A DNA stretch of 64,000 nt from an uncultured Verrucomicrobiales bacterium (lineage in GTDB: Bacteria > Verrucomicrobiota > Verrucomicrobiia > Verrucomicrobiales > Akkermansiaceae), in assembly GCA_937928735.1 (NCBI GenBank), contig CALFVF010000008.1, positions 1,971 to 65,970 on the forward strand, read 5' to 3'. Position 1 is the first letter of the stretch. Each line of letters begins with the position of its first letter. Positions 9,190-19,414 of this stretch are shown in pieces. Under the pieces are notes generated by a model. It was not told the origin of the DNA. It made no database searches and worked only from the letters and a program-made list of their open reading frames with translations. Both the position numbers and the translations under genes were made by a program.

Positions 9190-11691
9190 TTAGAAGAGAT
9201 CAAGCTGTGGACTTGGGGACTCAGGGAGAGTGTTAGGTATAGGTGAGTTAGAGCTATCTTTGTTAGATTTTGGTTGTTTAGCGCGCTTAGAGGAAGGTTT
9301 GGAAGAATTCTGCTCTAAGTGCTCAAGAATCTCCTTCGCTCGTGCAACGATCGAATCTGGAAGGCCTGCTAGTTTAGCCACTTGGATGCCGTAGGACTTG
9401 TCTGCGGTGCCTTGGAGGATCTTGCGCAGAAAGATAATGTCATCATTCCATTCTCTCACAGCAACATGGCAGTTCTGTACTGCGGTCTTGCTCTTCGCCA
9501 GTTCAGTAAGTTCGTGATAGTGGGTAGCAAATAGGGTTCTTGAGCGGAGAATATCGTGGAGATATTCGGCGACTGACCAGGCGATGGAGAGACCATCAAA
9601 GGTGGCGGTGCCACGGCCGATTTCATCGAGAATGACGAGGCTCTTCGCAGTCGCATTATTCACAATGAGGGAGGTTTCATTCATCTCGACCATAAAGGTA
9701 GATTGCCCCTTAGTGAGGTCATCACTGGCACCAACTCGACAGAAAATCCGATCCACTAGTCCGATGTGGGCACTCTTCGCGGGGACATAAGCGCCAATCT
9801 GAGCCATGAGAGTAATCAGGGCGACTTGGCGAATATAGGTGGATTTACCAGCCATGTTAGGCCCTGTGAGAATCACTAAGCGAGAGGCTTCTGCATCAAT
9901 GTCTGTGTCATTGGCGACGAATTTCTCGGCCACCATGGTTTGTTCTAACACAGGGTGCTTACCCTCTATGATTTGGAGGTTTTCGCTATTATCGATGAGC
10001 GGTTTGACGTGTCCTTGGAGCTGTGCAATTTCAGCAAATCCTAAGAGAATATCGAGAGTGGCTAGTGCGTCAGCCGTCTGCTGGAGTGGGTCTATGTGTT
10101 CACAGACTTGCAGGCGGAGTTTTGTGAACTCTTCTTGTTCGAGCTGTTTGCCACGTTCTTGGGCGCCGAGGACTTTATTCTCCATCTCTTTGAGCTCTGG
10201 AGTAATAAAGCGCTCTGCATTGGCCATGGTTTGCTTCCTGTGGTAGCTCTCGGGGACTTTAGAGCTATTGGCTTTGGTCACTTCAATAAAGTAGCCAAAG
10301 ACATTATTGTATTTGATCTTTAAAGAGTCGATCCCTGTTTTCTGGCGCTCACTTTCCTGTAAGCTAGCCATCCAGGATTTACCTTCTGTGGCGGCAGCGC
10401 GGCATTCATCGAGTTCTGTGGAGTAGCCATCTCGGATGACTCCTCCGTCTTTGAGCTGGGCGGGTGGCTCATCTGTGAGTGCGCGCTCGAGAAGCTCAAC
10501 AACTTCCTCAAAGGTATGGATCTTGGTGAGTAAATTTTTGGCTAAAACACTGTGCTCAGTCATCGTCTCGAGATCATTGCGCAGAGCAGGCAGGTGACTC
10601 AGAGAAGTTCCCAGTGACTGAAGGTCACGTGGACTGCCTGCACCCTGTGAGAGACGACTAGTGGTGCGCTCTATATCGCGAATGCCTTTGAGCGTATCAC
10701 GGCACTGTGAGAGCACAAAGGGCTGGTCGAGAAAGCAGGAGATCAATTGTTGGCGATTGTGGATGCTCTCGAGGTCTTTGAGAGGGTGGAGTATCCAGTC
10801 TCTGAGCTTTCGGGCTCCCATGGGGGTGGCTGTGTTATCGAGTGTGCCTAACAGGCTGTGTTTTTTACCAGAGCGAGAGTCAACGAGATCGAGATTAGCC
10901 TGTGAGGCAGTATCAATGAGAACATGCGAGTCGAGGTGACGCACCGAGATCGAGCGCAGGTGGGTGCAGGAGCGTCTGAGTTGGTGGCTGAGGTAGTGGA
11001 GAATCGCACCTGCAGCGGCATTGGCAGCAGGCATGTTTGCGCAGCCAAATCCATCCAGAGACTGGACTTTAAAGTGTTCTTTAAGAGCGTGCTCTGCTTG
11101 ATCCAGCTCGAATGTGTAGCCATCATAGGGCATCGCCTGAATGTGCTGGCCTAGGGTTTCGACTTGATTGTCAGCAAGAATGGTTTCAGAGGCTTTTAGG
11201 CGAGTGAGCTCGTCTTTGAGCTGCGTGATGTCTTGGAATTCTGTTACGCTGAACTCACCAGTAGTGTGATCTGCGCAGGCGAGTCCATAGGTTGATTGAC
11301 TCTGATAGACTGCGGCTAAGTAGTTATGTTTACTGTCATCAAGGAGATTAACATCATGGACTGTGGAGGCTGTGATAATCTGGGAGACCTCGCGCTCTAC
11401 TAACTTACCAGCGACTGGTGTGGATGTTTGCTCGCCAATAGCGACTCGCTTGCCAGCTTGGATCAGCTTAGCGATATAGCCTTGTGCTGCGTGGTGGGGG
11501 ACTCCACACATTGGAGTTTCGTGCCGTTTTGTTAGGGCGACATTAAGAATAGAAGCAGCTTCTTTGGCATCTTCAAAAAACATTTCATAGAAATCACCCA
11601 AGCGGAAAAACAGAATCATATCATCTGGCAGAGAGCGCCTCATGGTGAGGTACTGATCCATCATCGGGGTTTGTTTTTTCTGCTTAGCCAT
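9190..11691 (-). CDS. mutS: DNA mismatch repair protein MutS
   Basis: TPMMDQY, FRLGDFYEMF, TGPNMAGKSTY, STFMVEM, DEIGRGT, FATHYHEL. Confidence 0.98.
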   Translation of the reverse strand: MAKQKKQTPMMDQYLTMRRSLPDDMILFFRLGDFYEMFFEDAKEAASILNVALTKRHETPMCGVPHHAAQGYIAKLIQAGKRVAIGEQTSTPVAGKLVEREVSQIITASTVHDVNLLDDSKHNYLAAVYQSQSTYGLACADHTTGEFSVTEFQDITQLKDELTRLKASETILADNQVETLGQHIQAMPYDGYTFELDQAEHALKEHFKVQSLDGFGCANMPAANAAAGAILHYLSHQLRRSCTHLRSISVRHLDSHVLIDTASQANLDLVDSRSGKKHSLLGTLDNTATPMGARKLRDWILHPLKDLESIHNRQQLISCFLDQPFVLSQCRDTLKGIRDIERTTSRLSQGAGSPRDLQSLGTSLSHLPALRNDLETMTEHSVLAKNLLTKIHTFEEVVELLERALTDEPPAQLKDGGVIRDGYSTELDECRAAATEGKSWMASLQESERQKTGIDSLKIKYNNVFGYFIEVTKANSSKVPESYHRKQTMANAERFITPELKEMENKVLGAQERGKQLEQEEFTKLRLQVCEHIDPLQQTADALATLDILLGFAEIAQLQGHVKPLIDNSENLQIIEGKHPVLEQTMVAEKFVANDTDIDAEASRLVILTGPNMAGKSTYIRQVALITLMAQIGAYVPAKSAHIGLVDRIFCRVGASDDLTKGQSTFMVEMNETSLIVNNATAKSLVILDEIGRGTATFDGLSIAWSVAEYLHDILRSRTLFATHYHELTELAKSKTAVQNCHVAVREWNDDIIFLRKILQGTADKSYGIQVAKLAGLPDSIVARAKEILEHLEQNSSKPSSKRAKQPKSNKDSSNSPIPNTLPESPSPQLDLF

Positions 11692-11722
11692 GGTGATGTC
11701 CTAGGAATGTTAGAAAGAGTGG

Positions 11723-12751
11723 TTATTTTGTCGCCTCAAAGCACTTAAAGCCATCTCGCTCACCAATAGGTTTCACCATGCGGAAGAGAGAGTGCAGTGT
11801 GGACTCGTAGGGTAGGTGTAAATTAGCAACAAGGTAGAGCTTTCCACCTGGCTTTAAGTGCTTGTGCGCTTGCTCAAGAAACTGAAGGCCAAGTTCAAAG
11901 TCGGTGTCTCCACCTGTGTGAAAGGGTGGGTTCATGAGAATCCAGTGAAATGGGCGAGGTGCTGAGATACCTTTTGTGATGTCACACCAGTGAAAATGTG
12001 TGATGTCTGGAGCGGGGAGGTTTAGCTCTGCAGCCCGTAGGGCTCTCTGGTCGAGCTCATAGAGGTGGAGTTCTCGTATTTTATGGCGTTTGGATAAGAC
12101 TTGCTGGCTTAAGAATCCATAACCAGCGCCAAAGTCAGCCCCTGTACCATACCAAGATTGGTCAGTGAGATACTCAGCAAGTAGCTTAGAGCCGAGGTCG
12201 ATCTTATCTGCGGAAAATATCCCCGGTGTGGTATGGTAAGAGGTTCCCTTGATCACTGTGTAGCTATCTAACAGCGCCCAGTCTGTAGCCAGAGAGCCTT
12301 GGTAAGCTTCTGTTTTCTCAGAGCGTAGTATCTTGCACTTCGACTTCGAGATAGATTCGACTTGGCCAAAGAGAGCGGAGAGTTGTTTTTTGGCGAATTG
12401 TGCGCCTTGGCGGTTTTGGGCGATGGTGAACCAGGTGCCGTTGTCACTGAGGTGCTTTGAGTAAACGCCCAGTGTGGCGCGGGTCTCGAACTGGAACTTG
12501 GTGCCGAAGTGGAGCACTAAGTCGTAGTTGGAGTGCTGCTCGGGATTGAGAGTGTAGTCTGTTTCACGGTGTGCTTTCCAGGCATCGGCGTGAGTCGCAT
12601 TGTGAGTGACCACAGTAATGTTAGATCCCTTGAGGTGTTCGAGGTAGTTTCCTGGTGGGCAGTGAATGAGGAGTACATTGGTGGATGAGACCTCGACTTC
12701 AGAGAAGTAGAAGCTCAGAGCTTGGAGAGAGAGTTCTGTCGCGCTATCCAT
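11723..12751 (-). CDS. rsmC: RsmC/MTS-family SAM methyltransferase (16S rRNA m2G-type)
   Basis: PGIFSADKIDLGSKLL, DFGAGYG, NPPFH, L.PGG.LYLVAN. Confidence 0.75.
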   Translation of the reverse strand: MDSATELSLQALSFYFSEVEVSSTNVLLIHCPPGNYLEHLKGSNITVVTHNATHADAWKAHRETDYTLNPEQHSNYDLVLHFGTKFQFETRATLGVYSKHLSDNGTWFTIAQNRQGAQFAKKQLSALFGQVESISKSKCKILRSEKTEAYQGSLATDWALLDSYTVIKGTSYHTTPGIFSADKIDLGSKLLAEYLTDQSWYGTGADFGAGYGFLSQQVLSKRHKIRELHLYELDQRALRAAELNLPAPDITHFHWCDITKGISAPRPFHWILMNPPFHTGGDTDFELGLQFLEQAHKHLKPGGKLYLVANLHLPYESTLHSLFRMVKPIGERDGFKCFEATK

Positions 12752-12754
12752 GGT

Positions 12755-13513
12755 TTATTGGAACGTGATTTTCACAGGACAGTGGTCAGAGCCCAAGACA
12801 TCCGCTAAAATTGTGGAGGAGGTGATACGGTCTCTCAGAGAGGGGCTGGCACAGAAATAGTCAATTCTCCAGCCGATGTTCTTACTGCGAGCTGCTGCCC
12901 GGTAGCTCCACCATGAGTAGGCGCCTTCGAGATCGGGGTGAAACTCCCGAAATGTGTCGAGATAGCCAGCTTCTAGAATCTGGGTGAAGTTCGCTCTCTC
13001 TTCATCTGAGAAACCTGGGTTCTTACGATTGGACTTCGGTCTCGCAAGGTCGATTTCTTGGTGGGCGACATTGAGGTCTCCGCAGAAGATGACGGGCTTC
13101 TTGATCTCTAGGGACTGGATGTAGTGGAGGAAGTCCTTATCCCAGCGGCAGCGGTACTCGAGACGCTTTAATTCGCTCTGAGCATTAGGCGTGTAGACGG
13201 TGACGAGGTAGAAGTCTGGATATTCTGCTGTGATGACTCGGCCCTCTGTGTCGTGTTCTTCCATACCGATACCGTTAGAGACACTGAGTGGCTTCTCTTT
13301 TGTTAGAATTAATGTGCCTGAGTAGCCAGGTTTTTCTGCTGAGTTCCAGTACTGATGATAACTATCAAACTCAGCAGGAAGATCCACTTGCTCTTGGCGG
13401 GCTTTGGTTTCTTGGAGACAGAGAATGTCAGGAGATTCTTGATCGACCCACTGGGCAAAGTCTTTTTTTAGAACAGCGCGCAGGCCATTGACGTTCCAAG
13501 AGATGAATTTCAT
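12755..13513 (-). CDS. xth: Exodeoxyribonuclease III (AP endonuclease)
   Basis: [40 protein letters not shown]. Confidence 0.96.
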   Translation of the reverse strand: MKFISWNVNGLRAVLKKDFAQWVDQESPDILCLQETKARQEQVDLPAEFDSYHQYWNSAEKPGYSGTLILTKEKPLSVSNGIGMEEHDTEGRVITAEYPDFYLVTVYTPNAQSELKRLEYRCRWDKDFLHYIQSLEIKKPVIFCGDLNVAHQEIDLARPKSNRKNPGFSDEERANFTQILEAGYLDTFREFHPDLEGAYSWWSYRAAARSKNIGWRIDYFCASPSLRDRITSSTILADVLGSDHCPVKITFQ

Positions 13514-13665
13514 GGACGTAGTGTGCTACGCCATGAGGCAAGGGGTCAAGGTGATTGGAAGTTCAAGGGAGAGAGAGTTTTGGCCACTTAAGATTCAGAG
13601 AGTGAAGTGACCGGGTAGTGAGTAAGATAGTTAGTGAACTAAGTCTCATCTCAAGGATCAGGGAT

Positions 13666-13697
13666 AAAAAAAGCAGCAGAAATACTGCTGCTTTTTT
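13666..13697. terminator. Bidirectional intrinsic terminator
   Basis: A7-GCAGCAG-AAATA-CTGCTGC-T6 downstream of the sigma gene. Confidence 0.8.
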
Positions 13698-13733
13698 AGA
13701 GTGATTGGTCGCTAGAGCTGTAATGACTCCGCC

Positions 13734-14612
13734 CTAAGCTGGGGTGACAGCGGAACTGCTGCCAAAGGGCGGATGACTAGATGGCATAGGCTTGTCCTTA
13801 CGGCGTAGAGTCTTGCGCATCTTATCGAGTGCGACATTCTGTAGCTGGCGAATACGTTCTCTTGTAACACCGAACTCTAGGCCAACTTCTTCGAGAGTCA
13901 TTGGATTCTTACCATTAAGGCCGAATCTTGCATCAATGATACGATGTTCACGTTCATCGAGAGTCTCTAGGAGATTATCGAGTTGGTCGTGCATGTTTTT
14001 ACTCTCTAGTGCGTCAAAAGGATTCAGGGCTGCTTCATCACCAATGATATCACCGTAGTCGCTAGTCTCATCCTCGTGCACTGGTGCATCGAGTGAGGCT
14101 GGTCGCTGGGCAGCCTGCTTGAGCATGGCGAGCTTGCGACGCGGCACTCCGAGTTCTTCGGAGAGTTCATCATCAGTGGGCTCTCGCCCGAGGTCTTCTG
14201 TGAGTAGTGAGGAGATACGGCGCATGCGAGCGATTTTATCCACCATGTGAACTGGCAGCCGAATCGTCTTGCTCTGATTAGCGAGAGCACGCTTGATAGA
14301 CTGCTTGATCCACCATGCAGCGTATGTGGAGAGTTTACCGCCCTTTTCTGGGTCAAAGCGCTCCACGGCCTTCATGAGGCCGATATTGCCCTCAGAAATT
14401 AGGTCAGAGAGTGGTAGACCGTAGGCTGAGTAGTCTTGAGCTATCTTGACGACGAGGCGGAGATTAGCGCGAATCATGTGCTCTCGTGCTTTTTTATCAC
14501 CGAGCTTGATACGTTCTGCGAGTTCCACTTCCTCTGCTGGTGTGAGTAACTCTGTTTTGGAAATTTCGCGCATATAGATGCGGAGATTACTGTCGCTGTC
14601 TTTTGTGCTCAT
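13734..14612 (-). CDS. Short RpoD/RpoS-family sigma-70 factor (regions 1.2-4, no region 1.1)
   Basis: LRLVVKIA, DLISEGNIGLMKAVERFDP, STYAAWWIKQ, TIRLPVH, TLEEVG..VTRERIRQ. Confidence 0.93.
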   Translation of the reverse strand: MSTKDSDSNLRIYMREISKTELLTPAEEVELAERIKLGDKKAREHMIRANLRLVVKIAQDYSAYGLPLSDLISEGNIGLMKAVERFDPEKGGKLSTYAAWWIKQSIKRALANQSKTIRLPVHMVDKIARMRRISSLLTEDLGREPTDDELSEELGVPRRKLAMLKQAAQRPASLDAPVHEDETSDYGDIIGDEAALNPFDALESKNMHDQLDNLLETLDEREHRIIDARFGLNGKNPMTLEEVGLEFGVTRERIRQLQNVALDKMRKTLRRKDKPMPSSHPPFGSSSAVTPA

Positions 14613-14950
14613 TGGTCTTTTGTTTCTATACACTTGGTTTGGCTTTTTGGGAGGTCTTTTAACAAATGGTAGAGGGTTGTGGATTTCTAAGTTAAAAGCT
14701 TTCTATGGAATGTTATTCTATGGTTTAGCGTTTCTAGAGCACACAGATGTTTGTGTAATTCTAGTTTTTCTCGACATGGGTAAGATGACTTAAGTTCTGA
14801 TTTATTCAAAGATTATTTTTCTTTTTTTACTGAAAATTCGGAAAATATAAATTATTTCAATAAACGAGTATTTTTTCGTTAAATTCTAGTCAAAACGAGT
14901 CTGGTAGTTACACTATATAAACTGCTCTTTAAGGAGGAAACTTTCAAATT

Positions 14951-15445
14951 ATGTTATTAGAACAGAACATAACCATAGCGATGACGCCAGCTATGACGAG
15001 CGTGGCTTGGCTAGCAGTGCTAGTCGCCCCGGTGCTTTTGTACGCGCTGAGTCATAAAATCGGAATCATCATGACCTATCTCTGCGCTCTAGTCGCTCTC
15101 TGGGTGACGATCACCTCTTGGCAGGATCTGGAGTTGGCCAGCAGTAAGGAAGTGTCCATTTATCTACCATGGGCCATGGCCTTGACGCTGCTACTTCACG
15201 GAATTGCCCTACTCGCAAAGCGTATTAGCGTATTTGGGAATCTCAGCGGGATTGGCCTGGTGAGTATTAGTGTGGCACTAGCCAGCGTACTGGATAGAGA
15301 AGACCTAGAAAATCTCGATGAAAAGCTCATCCTCAAAGAGGAGGAACAAGGAGCCAGTCCGCAGCAAAGAGGTACCCCACAGCAATCCCGGATCAGAACA
15401 AAGCGTAATGAACATCTAAGGATCAACTTAGGTGTTGATCCTTAG
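14951..15445 (+). CDS. Hypothetical membrane protein (about 4 TM)
   Basis: Four hydrophobic segments followed by a charged tail. Confidence 0.6.
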   Translation: MLLEQNITIAMTPAMTSVAWLAVLVAPVLLYALSHKIGIIMTYLCALVALWVTITSWQDLELASSKEVSIYLPWAMALTLLLHGIALLAKRISVFGNLSGIGLVSISVALASVLDREDLENLDEKLILKEEEQGASPQQRGTPQQSRIRTKRNEHLRINLGVDP

Positions 15446-15502
15446 TGTTACCATTTAGCTCTTCAATCACTTTGATCTTGCAGGGGGTGTATTGACCACA
15501 AG

Positions 15503-16681
15503 TTAGCGATTAGGGGCGAGCTGAAGGGTATAGCCCTTAAAAGAGCATGTCTCGCTCATAGCTGGTAAAATAGGGTGATCCGCTCTTTGTTGGTGCGTGG
15601 TGAGTAGTCTGAGCGTTTTTTTCGCAGAGACTGCAGAGTCCACAATAAGTTCAAGTAATTCTCTCTGGTGGACTTGTGGGTGTGCGGAGAGGGTGGTGAG
15701 AGTGCCGTCTTTGGTCAGGAGTTCAAGGCTACGGGTGTGGAGTTCCTTGAGGTTTTTAAGAAGATCTTTGAGCTTCTTTGTAGGGACAGTGCTACGAGAA
15801 AGATCAATAATGACAGCGTCATAATGAGAGTCACAACGCTTAAGAAAGGCAAGAACGTCAAATTGGATAGAATCGATAGAAGCTGAATTGAGTTCTGCAT
15901 TACGTTTCAGCAGAGTCTGGGTGTGCTCACATCGATCTACAGCAGTTACCTTAGTAGCACCCGCCTTTGCGCAGCTGGTAGCGAGAGCTCCATTTCCAGC
16001 GTATAAAATAAGGACATTCTTACCTTTGATGTATTGCTGGAGTGCGGCGTGCGAATGCAGGCTATTATATAGGTCAAGTTGCTGGAGTGGTAGCAGGCTC
16101 TCTGGTTGGTAAACATCGACCTCAAAGTGAGTGCTTCCGACTTGAGTGAGGAATGTTTTTTGGTCCTCCCCATAGAGAGTACGGGTTTCTTGAGGGATGC
16201 CCTCAGAGACTAATTCATGGGCATGGTTACAGAGAGTGATACTTGTAGGAGAGAGTAACTTGGTGAGAACCTCGACTATGAGCTCAAGTTTCTGGTACAT
16301 AGCGAGAGTGCTCACTTGCAGGAGAATGTGCTCACCGTATTGGTCAACGATGACTCCTGGTAGGCCATCAGAGTCGCTCCAGACCAGGCGACATGGAGAC
16401 GACTCTAGTGTCGGGTAGTTCTCCCTGAGTTCAATGGCTTGGGAGATTCTTCGTTGTAGGAATTCATGATCAATACTTTGTTTTCTTCTAGAAAATCGGC
16501 GCGCAACAACTTGGGAATGAGGCTGGAAGATAGCTGTGCCCAAGGGCCTGTCTCGGTAATCTTTTAGAGTAATTGTATCTCCGGGCTGAGGGTCTCCAAA
16601 AAAAGTCTTCACTTCAGATGAGAAGACCCATTCGTGACCGTGGAAAATGCGTGAGCGTGGTTTAACTATCAATCCTGACAT
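15503..16681 (-). CDS. rlmI: RlmI-family PUA-domain SAM methyltransferase, divergent active site
   Basis: GHEWVFSSEV, SDSDGLPGVIVDQYG and DHP..ET tail; DPP and catalytic Cys motifs not conserved. Confidence 0.75.
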   Translation of the reverse strand: MSGLIVKPRSRIFHGHEWVFSSEVKTFFGDPQPGDTITLKDYRDRPLGTAIFQPHSQVVARRFSRRKQSIDHEFLQRRISQAIELRENYPTLESSPCRLVWSDSDGLPGVIVDQYGEHILLQVSTLAMYQKLELIVEVLTKLLSPTSITLCNHAHELVSEGIPQETRTLYGEDQKTFLTQVGSTHFEVDVYQPESLLPLQQLDLYNSLHSHAALQQYIKGKNVLILYAGNGALATSCAKAGATKVTAVDRCEHTQTLLKRNAELNSASIDSIQFDVLAFLKRCDSHYDAVIIDLSRSTVPTKKLKDLLKNLKELHTRSLELLTKDGTLTTLSAHPQVHQRELLELIVDSAVSAKKTLRLLTTHQQRADHPILPAMSETCSFKGYTLQLAPNR

Positions 16682-16746
16682 AGTGAAAAATTGTGATCTA
16701 GCTTGGACTAGCTGGAATCATTGAGCAGGTCAACTAGTAAGCGGAT

Positions 16747-16956
16747 CCTTAGAGCAGCTCTTGAACCCAGATAATACATCATCTGGATTGAAACTGCCAT
16801 TCAAGATAGCTCTTAAGGTGAGTTTCGGTAATTTTATTGCTAAACACATCATCAGATTTCACCATCTCTGCGTTGCCCATAATGCTTATACATTCATACA
16901 GAAGATATTGTGTTTGCCCTGGGCTAAAGCAATCTGAAGGCATTTCTTTACCGAAA
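16747..16956. ncRNA. Candidate structured non-coding RNA
   Basis: Long hairpin 16747-16818, plus a perfect 9-bp helix 16823-31/16948-56 enclosing further short helices; no family assigned. Confidence 0.3.
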
Positions 16957-17048
16957 GCTGGTGACTGGAGGTGCCCTCCTATGGGGTGAAAACGGTTTTT
17001 CTTTTCCTCTTGATTTCGCATAGCGAAAGTTCTAAATGTTTCAATAGT

Positions 17049-17312
17049 ATGGGAAAACAATATGCTAAAATAAATAAGCGTCGACGCAGAAAAAGTTATT
17101 TACGTCGCCAAAAAAGCAAACTGCCAGTAAAACTCAAGAGTACTACGAAGTCAGAGAAGAATGAGGATGGGTCAGCTACAGGAAAAGCCCCCGCCGCGAA
17201 AAAAGTGGCGAAAAAAGCCGTCAAAAAAGTAGCGAAGAAAGCAGCCAAAAAGGTAGCGAAAAAAACAACGGCGAAAAAAGCAGCCAAGAAAGCCCCCACA
17301 GAAGAGGCTTAA
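17049..17312 (+). CDS. Histone H1-like Lys/Ala-rich protein
   Basis: MGKQYAKINKRRRRKSYLRRQK followed by about eight KKxA repeats; ATG at 17049. Confidence 0.75.
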   Translation: MGKQYAKINKRRRRKSYLRRQKSKLPVKLKSTTKSEKNEDGSATGKAPAAKKVAKKAVKKVAKKAAKKVAKKTTAKKAAKKAPTEEA

Positions 17313-17451
17313 AATAGAGCACAAAAACCTATGAATGCCGCAGAAATGAGTGAAAAAGGCTCTAGGTAAACGTACATTACTCCTCAGAGCTAGGGTCTTG
17401 TAAATAAGTCACTCTTGATCATTACCAAAGCCAAGAGCTAGTATCAATGAG

Positions 17452-17484
17452 ACCTGTGATCCGTAGAGATCACAGGTTTTTTTT
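17452..17484 (+). terminator. Intrinsic terminator
   Basis: ACCTGTGATC-6nt-GATCACAGGT followed by a T run. Confidence 0.8.
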
Positions 17485-17651
17485 AATCATAGAGGGTCGT
17501 TGGTGGGTCACCTAGTGGGCTGAATCAGATAACTCAGATTGTGCTGTAGCAGAAAAAGCATAATTTTAGAAATACCCCCTAAAGGGTAGCTCTGATTGGA
17601 TACTGGCATACCAAGAGATAACTAAAAACAATACGGAACACACCCTGAGAT

Positions 17652-18152
17652 ATGGCAGACATTCCACAGCAGAAAAAATCGCCACAAGAGCTTCGTGAAG
17701 TCGTGAGACAGCACTCATTGGAGCCCTTGGTGCCGCAGTCGATTGTTCATAAGAAAATTCTCCATCCACTGGGAGTGGGCGTGTGCTATATACTCTCACT
17801 AGCTGGTCTTGGGATTTTATTCTACCCATTGATTGTATGGAAGAGGCCCTTGTCATCTCACCATGGTGGCTTTATGTGCTTTCTCTCCTTACTCGTCATG
17901 GTGTTTGCAGGTGGTTATTATTTTCACTGGGTGCGAATTGCCGGGGACAAAGGAGAAGTGAGGGGAGATGAGTTTACCTATCAGGAAATACTAGAAGAGA
18001 GTGCAGATAGAGGCAGGAAAGAAGAGATGAGTACTGAGCAACTAGAGCGCTACCTCGAAGAATTACGCCAAGAAAATGAAAATGATCCAGATTATAAGAA
18101 ATGGATCGAAAATCAACCAAAGCAAGAGGCTCCAGAGAGCAGAGGAAGCTAG
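17652..18152 (+). CDS. Hypothetical membrane protein (2 TM)
   Basis: Two hydrophobic segments and an acidic C-terminal tail. Confidence 0.6.
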   Translation: MADIPQQKKSPQELREVVRQHSLEPLVPQSIVHKKILHPLGVGVCYILSLAGLGILFYPLIVWKRPLSSHHGGFMCFLSLLVMVFAGGYYFHWVRIAGDKGEVRGDEFTYQEILEESADRGRKEEMSTEQLERYLEELRQENENDPDYKKWIENQPKQEAPESRGS

Positions 18153-18386
18153 CGTGAAAGAAGCTTAGAGAATCAAAATAAACTAGAACTATCGGCCTGA
18201 GCCAAGAGTGTCGAAAGTAAAGAGTCGTAAAAAGCGACATCTTTCTTCTAAGAAAGCAACGATTCCTCTTGCCGATCAGACAAGAATGGGGTACTGCCGC
18301 CCTCCGCCAGTGCCACTTTGTCTTCAAAAAGCTCTGTGGCACAGGATATCGCGCTTAAGCAAAATCAATCGCTGACCCGCAAAACA

Positions 18387-18956
18387 ATGACACCAACACT
18401 ACAAACATACTATAAGGATAAAGTATTCTCAGCTCTTCAGAAAGAGCTCGGAGTGTCGAATCCCCACGAGGTTCCGGCCTTGGAGAAAATTGTTGTGACC
18501 ACACATTGTGGTCGTGCCGCAGATCGTAAGCAAGCTGTCGAGGACAGCGTCGCTGAAATCGCCAAGATTACAGGTCAAAAGCCCTCTGTTTCCTACGCCC
18601 GTAAGTCTGTTGCGAACTTTAAGGTTCGTGAAGGAGAGGCAGTAGGTGCTCGCGTGACACTACGCGGAGCGCGCATGTGGGAGTTCTTAGATCGTTTTAT
18701 CAACGTGACAGCTCCTAATATCCGTGACTTCCGTGGTATTTCACCAAAGAGCTTTGATGGAAGAGGGAATTACGCGGTAGGTTTTTCTGACCAGTCTGTT
18801 TTCCCTGAAGTTGAGCTGGATCAAATTAAGCGCCAGATTGGATTTGATATTATTTTTGTCACAACAGCAGACACAGACGACGCAGGTCGTGCTCTTCTGC
18901 GCCAGCTAGGAATGCCGTTCCGCGAGAATCCTAAGAAGGATGAAACTGCGGCTTAA
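18387..18956 (+). CDS. rplE: 50S ribosomal protein L5
   Basis: ITGQKP..ARKSVANFKVREG..GARVTLRG..MWEFLDR; ATG at 18387. Confidence 0.97.
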   Translation: MTPTLQTYYKDKVFSALQKELGVSNPHEVPALEKIVVTTHCGRAADRKQAVEDSVAEIAKITGQKPSVSYARKSVANFKVREGEAVGARVTLRGARMWEFLDRFINVTAPNIRDFRGISPKSFDGRGNYAVGFSDQSVFPEVELDQIKRQIGFDIIFVTTADTDDAGRALLRQLGMPFRENPKKDETAA

Positions 18957-18991
18957 ATTCAAACATCTATAACGAGTAACAATTTTATATT

Positions 18992-19393
18992 ATGGCAGTT
19001 CTAAGTGACCCCATTTCAGATTTTTTGACCCGCTTGAAGAATGCTTCAAGAGCCGGCAACGAATCCTTTGTAGCGCCTTATTCCAAAATCAAATCAGACA
19101 TCGCTGAAATTCTTAAAAAAGAAGGCTATATCTGGAATTTTGAAGTAAAAACAGAAGGCAAATTTCCTGAAATCGAAGTCAAGGTGAAATACAGCGATGC
19201 CGGTGAGCCAGTGCTCACAGACCTCAAGCGTGTATCTAAGCCAGGTCTTCGTCAATATGTCGGTGCGGATGAAGTTCCGCGTGTTCTCAACGGCTTAGGT
19301 ATCTCCATTCTCTCTACCTCTAAGGGTGTGATGAGTGGCTCCTCTGCTCGCAAGCAAAACTTAGGTGGTGAAGTGATCGCCAAAGTTTGGTAA
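18992..19393 (+). CDS. rpsH: 30S ribosomal protein S8
   Basis: DPISDFLTRLKNA, RVSKPGLRQY, STSKGVM, GGEVIAKVW. Confidence 0.98.
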   Translation: MAVLSDPISDFLTRLKNASRAGNESFVAPYSKIKSDIAEILKKEGYIWNFEVKTEGKFPEIEVKVKYSDAGEPVLTDLKRVSKPGLRQYVGADEVPRVLNGLGISILSTSKGVMSGSSARKQNLGGEVIAKVW

Positions 19394-19414
19394 ATTTAAA
19401 AAGAACTCGATCAA

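Noticed and set aside
16860-16925. c-di-GMP-I riboswitch-like words (AGGGCAAAC..ACGCAG) on the minus strand
   Set aside because: The GAAA tetraloop stem and spacing do not fit.
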